A stretch of DNA of 64,000 nucleotides from Candidatus Doudnabacteria bacterium. GTDB taxonomy: Bacteria; Patescibacteriota; Doudnabacteria; UBA920; O2-02-FULL-48-8. The notes under the pieces were generated by a model. It made no database searches and was not told the DNA's origin. It saw nothing but the letters and a program-made list of their open reading frames with translations. How positions within the stretch are numbered: position 1 is the stretch's first letter; each line of letters opens with the position of its first letter. The translations under genes were made by a program, and so were the position numbers. Where the stretch lies: assembly GCA_016186915.1 (NCBI GenBank), contig JACPKU010000006.1, forward strand, positions 12,488-76,487. The letters run 5' to 3'. Of the stretch, positions 62,668 through 64,000 are shown piece by piece.

Positions 62668-63912
62668 ATGACAGAAAAAGAAGAGCCAAAGATTAGCCCA
62701 GAAACCCGATCTTCGAACCCCAAACTATTTACCCAGGTGATAGTGGTGATTTTGATCGCCGTCTTTTTTGGGTTTGGATATTATCTTGGCAATGGCCAAA
62801 TCAAAGTCAGTTCCGACGGAATAGAAATTGATCGCGGCAGGGGGCCGTCCTTGAGCGCTGACTACAGTCTGCTTTGGGATACCTTGGATTTGCTCAACAG
62901 CCGGTTTTATAATAAGCCCTTGGATCAGAAAGAATTGATGTATGGCGCTGTCAAAGGACTGGTCAAAGCGGCCGGCGATCCTTACACTGTTTTTTTTGAT
63001 CCAGAAGAGTCGAAGTTTTTTGCAGATGGCCTGAGTGGCACGTTTGAAGGAATTGGGGCGGAAATCGGGATTAAGAATGATCAACTGGTTATAATTGCTC
63101 CTTTAGACAATACTCCCGCATCCAGAGCCGGGCTTCAGGCTGGTGACATTATTTTGGCCATTGACGGGGAATCGTCTGCGAGCATGAGCGTTGACCAGGC
63201 GGCTTCTTTGATTCGAGGAGTGAAGGGGACAGAAGTAGTTTTGGCAGTTCTGAAAGAAGGAGAGAGAAACCCGGTTGACATTACTATTCTCCGCGACAAG
63301 ATTGTGGTGAAGAGCCTGGAGTTTGAAACAAGACAGCTCGGTGACAAAAAAATTGCGCTGATTAAAATCAGCAGATTCAGTGAAGACACCAAGGGACTGT
63401 TCGATCGGTTGGTGGATCGGATTTTGACCGAAGGATTTGATGGAATCATTTTGGATCTGAGAAACAACCCCGGGGGATATTTGGAAACCTCGATTGATCT
63501 GGCTTCCAACTGGGTGGATATCGGAGAAGTGGTGGTTAAGGAAGTTAATCACGAGAATGAAATTCAGGAATACGATTCAACCATAATTCCAAGATTGAAA
63601 GGTACAAAGACCGTGGTGCTGGTAAATGAAGGCTCGGCTTCAGCTTCGGAAATTCTAGCCGGGGCCTTGCAGGATTACGGTTTGGCGACTTTGGTCGGCG
63701 AGACGACTTTTGGCAAAGGATCAGTGCAGGAGTTGAGCGAACTGAAAGGCGATTCGACTTTGAAAATTACAGTCGCGCACTGGCAGACACCTGCGGGCCG
63801 CGATATTGATAAAAACGGACTTCAGCCAGATATTGTGGTGGAGACCACGAAGGAAGATTTTGAGAGTGACCGAGATCCGCAGCTGGATCGGGCATTGGAA
63901 TTGTTTCAGTAA
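62668..63912 (+). CDS. ctpA: Carboxyl-terminal processing protease (S41)
   Basis: DPYT, GIG, PDZ, DLRNNPGG, SASASEI, TFGKGSVQ. Confidence 0.92.
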   Translation: MTEKEEPKISPETRSSNPKLFTQVIVVILIAVFFGFGYYLGNGQIKVSSDGIEIDRGRGPSLSADYSLLWDTLDLLNSRFYNKPLDQKELMYGAVKGLVKAAGDPYTVFFDPEESKFFADGLSGTFEGIGAEIGIKNDQLVIIAPLDNTPASRAGLQAGDIILAIDGESSASMSVDQAASLIRGVKGTEVVLAVLKEGERNPVDITILRDKIVVKSLEFETRQLGDKKIALIKISRFSEDTKGLFDRLVDRILTEGFDGIILDLRNNPGGYLETSIDLASNWVDIGEVVVKEVNHENEIQEYDSTIIPRLKGTKTVVLVNEGSASASEILAGALQDYGLATLVGETTFGKGSVQELSELKGDSTLKITVAHWQTPAGRDIDKNGLQPDIVVETTKEDFESDRDPQLDRALELFQ

Positions 63913-63914
63913 TC

Positions 63915-64000
63915 ATGAAATCTGCAGAGCTTAGGGAAAAATATTTGAAATTTTTTGTCGAACGGGGACACAAGATAATTCCCTCGGTTTCGCTCGTCCC
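63915..64000 (+). CDS. alaS: Alanine-tRNA ligase, 5' fragment (runs off window)
   Basis: Hand translation MKSAELREKYLKFFVERGHKIIPSVSLV, the canonical AlaRS N-terminus. Confidence 0.85.
   Translation, partial: MKSAELREKYLKFFVERGHKIIPSVSLV

Noticed and set aside
1-64000. Alternative genetic code (TGA recoding as in Gracilibacteria/Absconditabacteria)
   Set aside because: Conserved genes are full length under code 11 and several end in TGA with ATGA overlaps.

Overview
A 64-kb chromosomal segment using genetic code 11. Gene content points to a Patescibacteria/CPR-type bacterium: CPR-style C-terminal pilin, GTLIK-type surface repeats, short AspRS, GH1-EamA-GH module and PaaX/TrpR-like orphans. 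The taxonomy is inferred. Housekeeping blocks are mltG, rplJ-rplL with an L10 leader, mraZ-rsmH-ftsL-ftsI-murF, tRNA-Glu, scpA/scpB, aspS, lgt, ctpA and the start of alaS. They alternate with surface and cell-envelope genes (rml operon, galE, wzx/wzy/GTs, sortase with DUF11 substrates, S8 and M23 peptidases, CAP proteins) and GC-rich, motif-divergent purL-purQ and purM islands. Most striking observations: (1) the last 11 codons of rplL recur three times with only synonymous or conservative changes, separated by ~140-165-nt spacers that share a covarying secondary structure, a candidate new gene-end-targeting mini-element. (2) Several one-gene cassettes (four-helix-bundle/IVP, PaaX/Cas2-like, TrpR-like, GIY-YIG) are each bracketed by their own repeat signature, with gene-less copies elsewhere and palindromes inserted in frame in proteins. 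(3) A 1000-aa glycoside hydrolase-pilin fusion follows a tandem family of unknown membrane proteins. All calls were made by eye from the sequence and ORF track; no searches were run.
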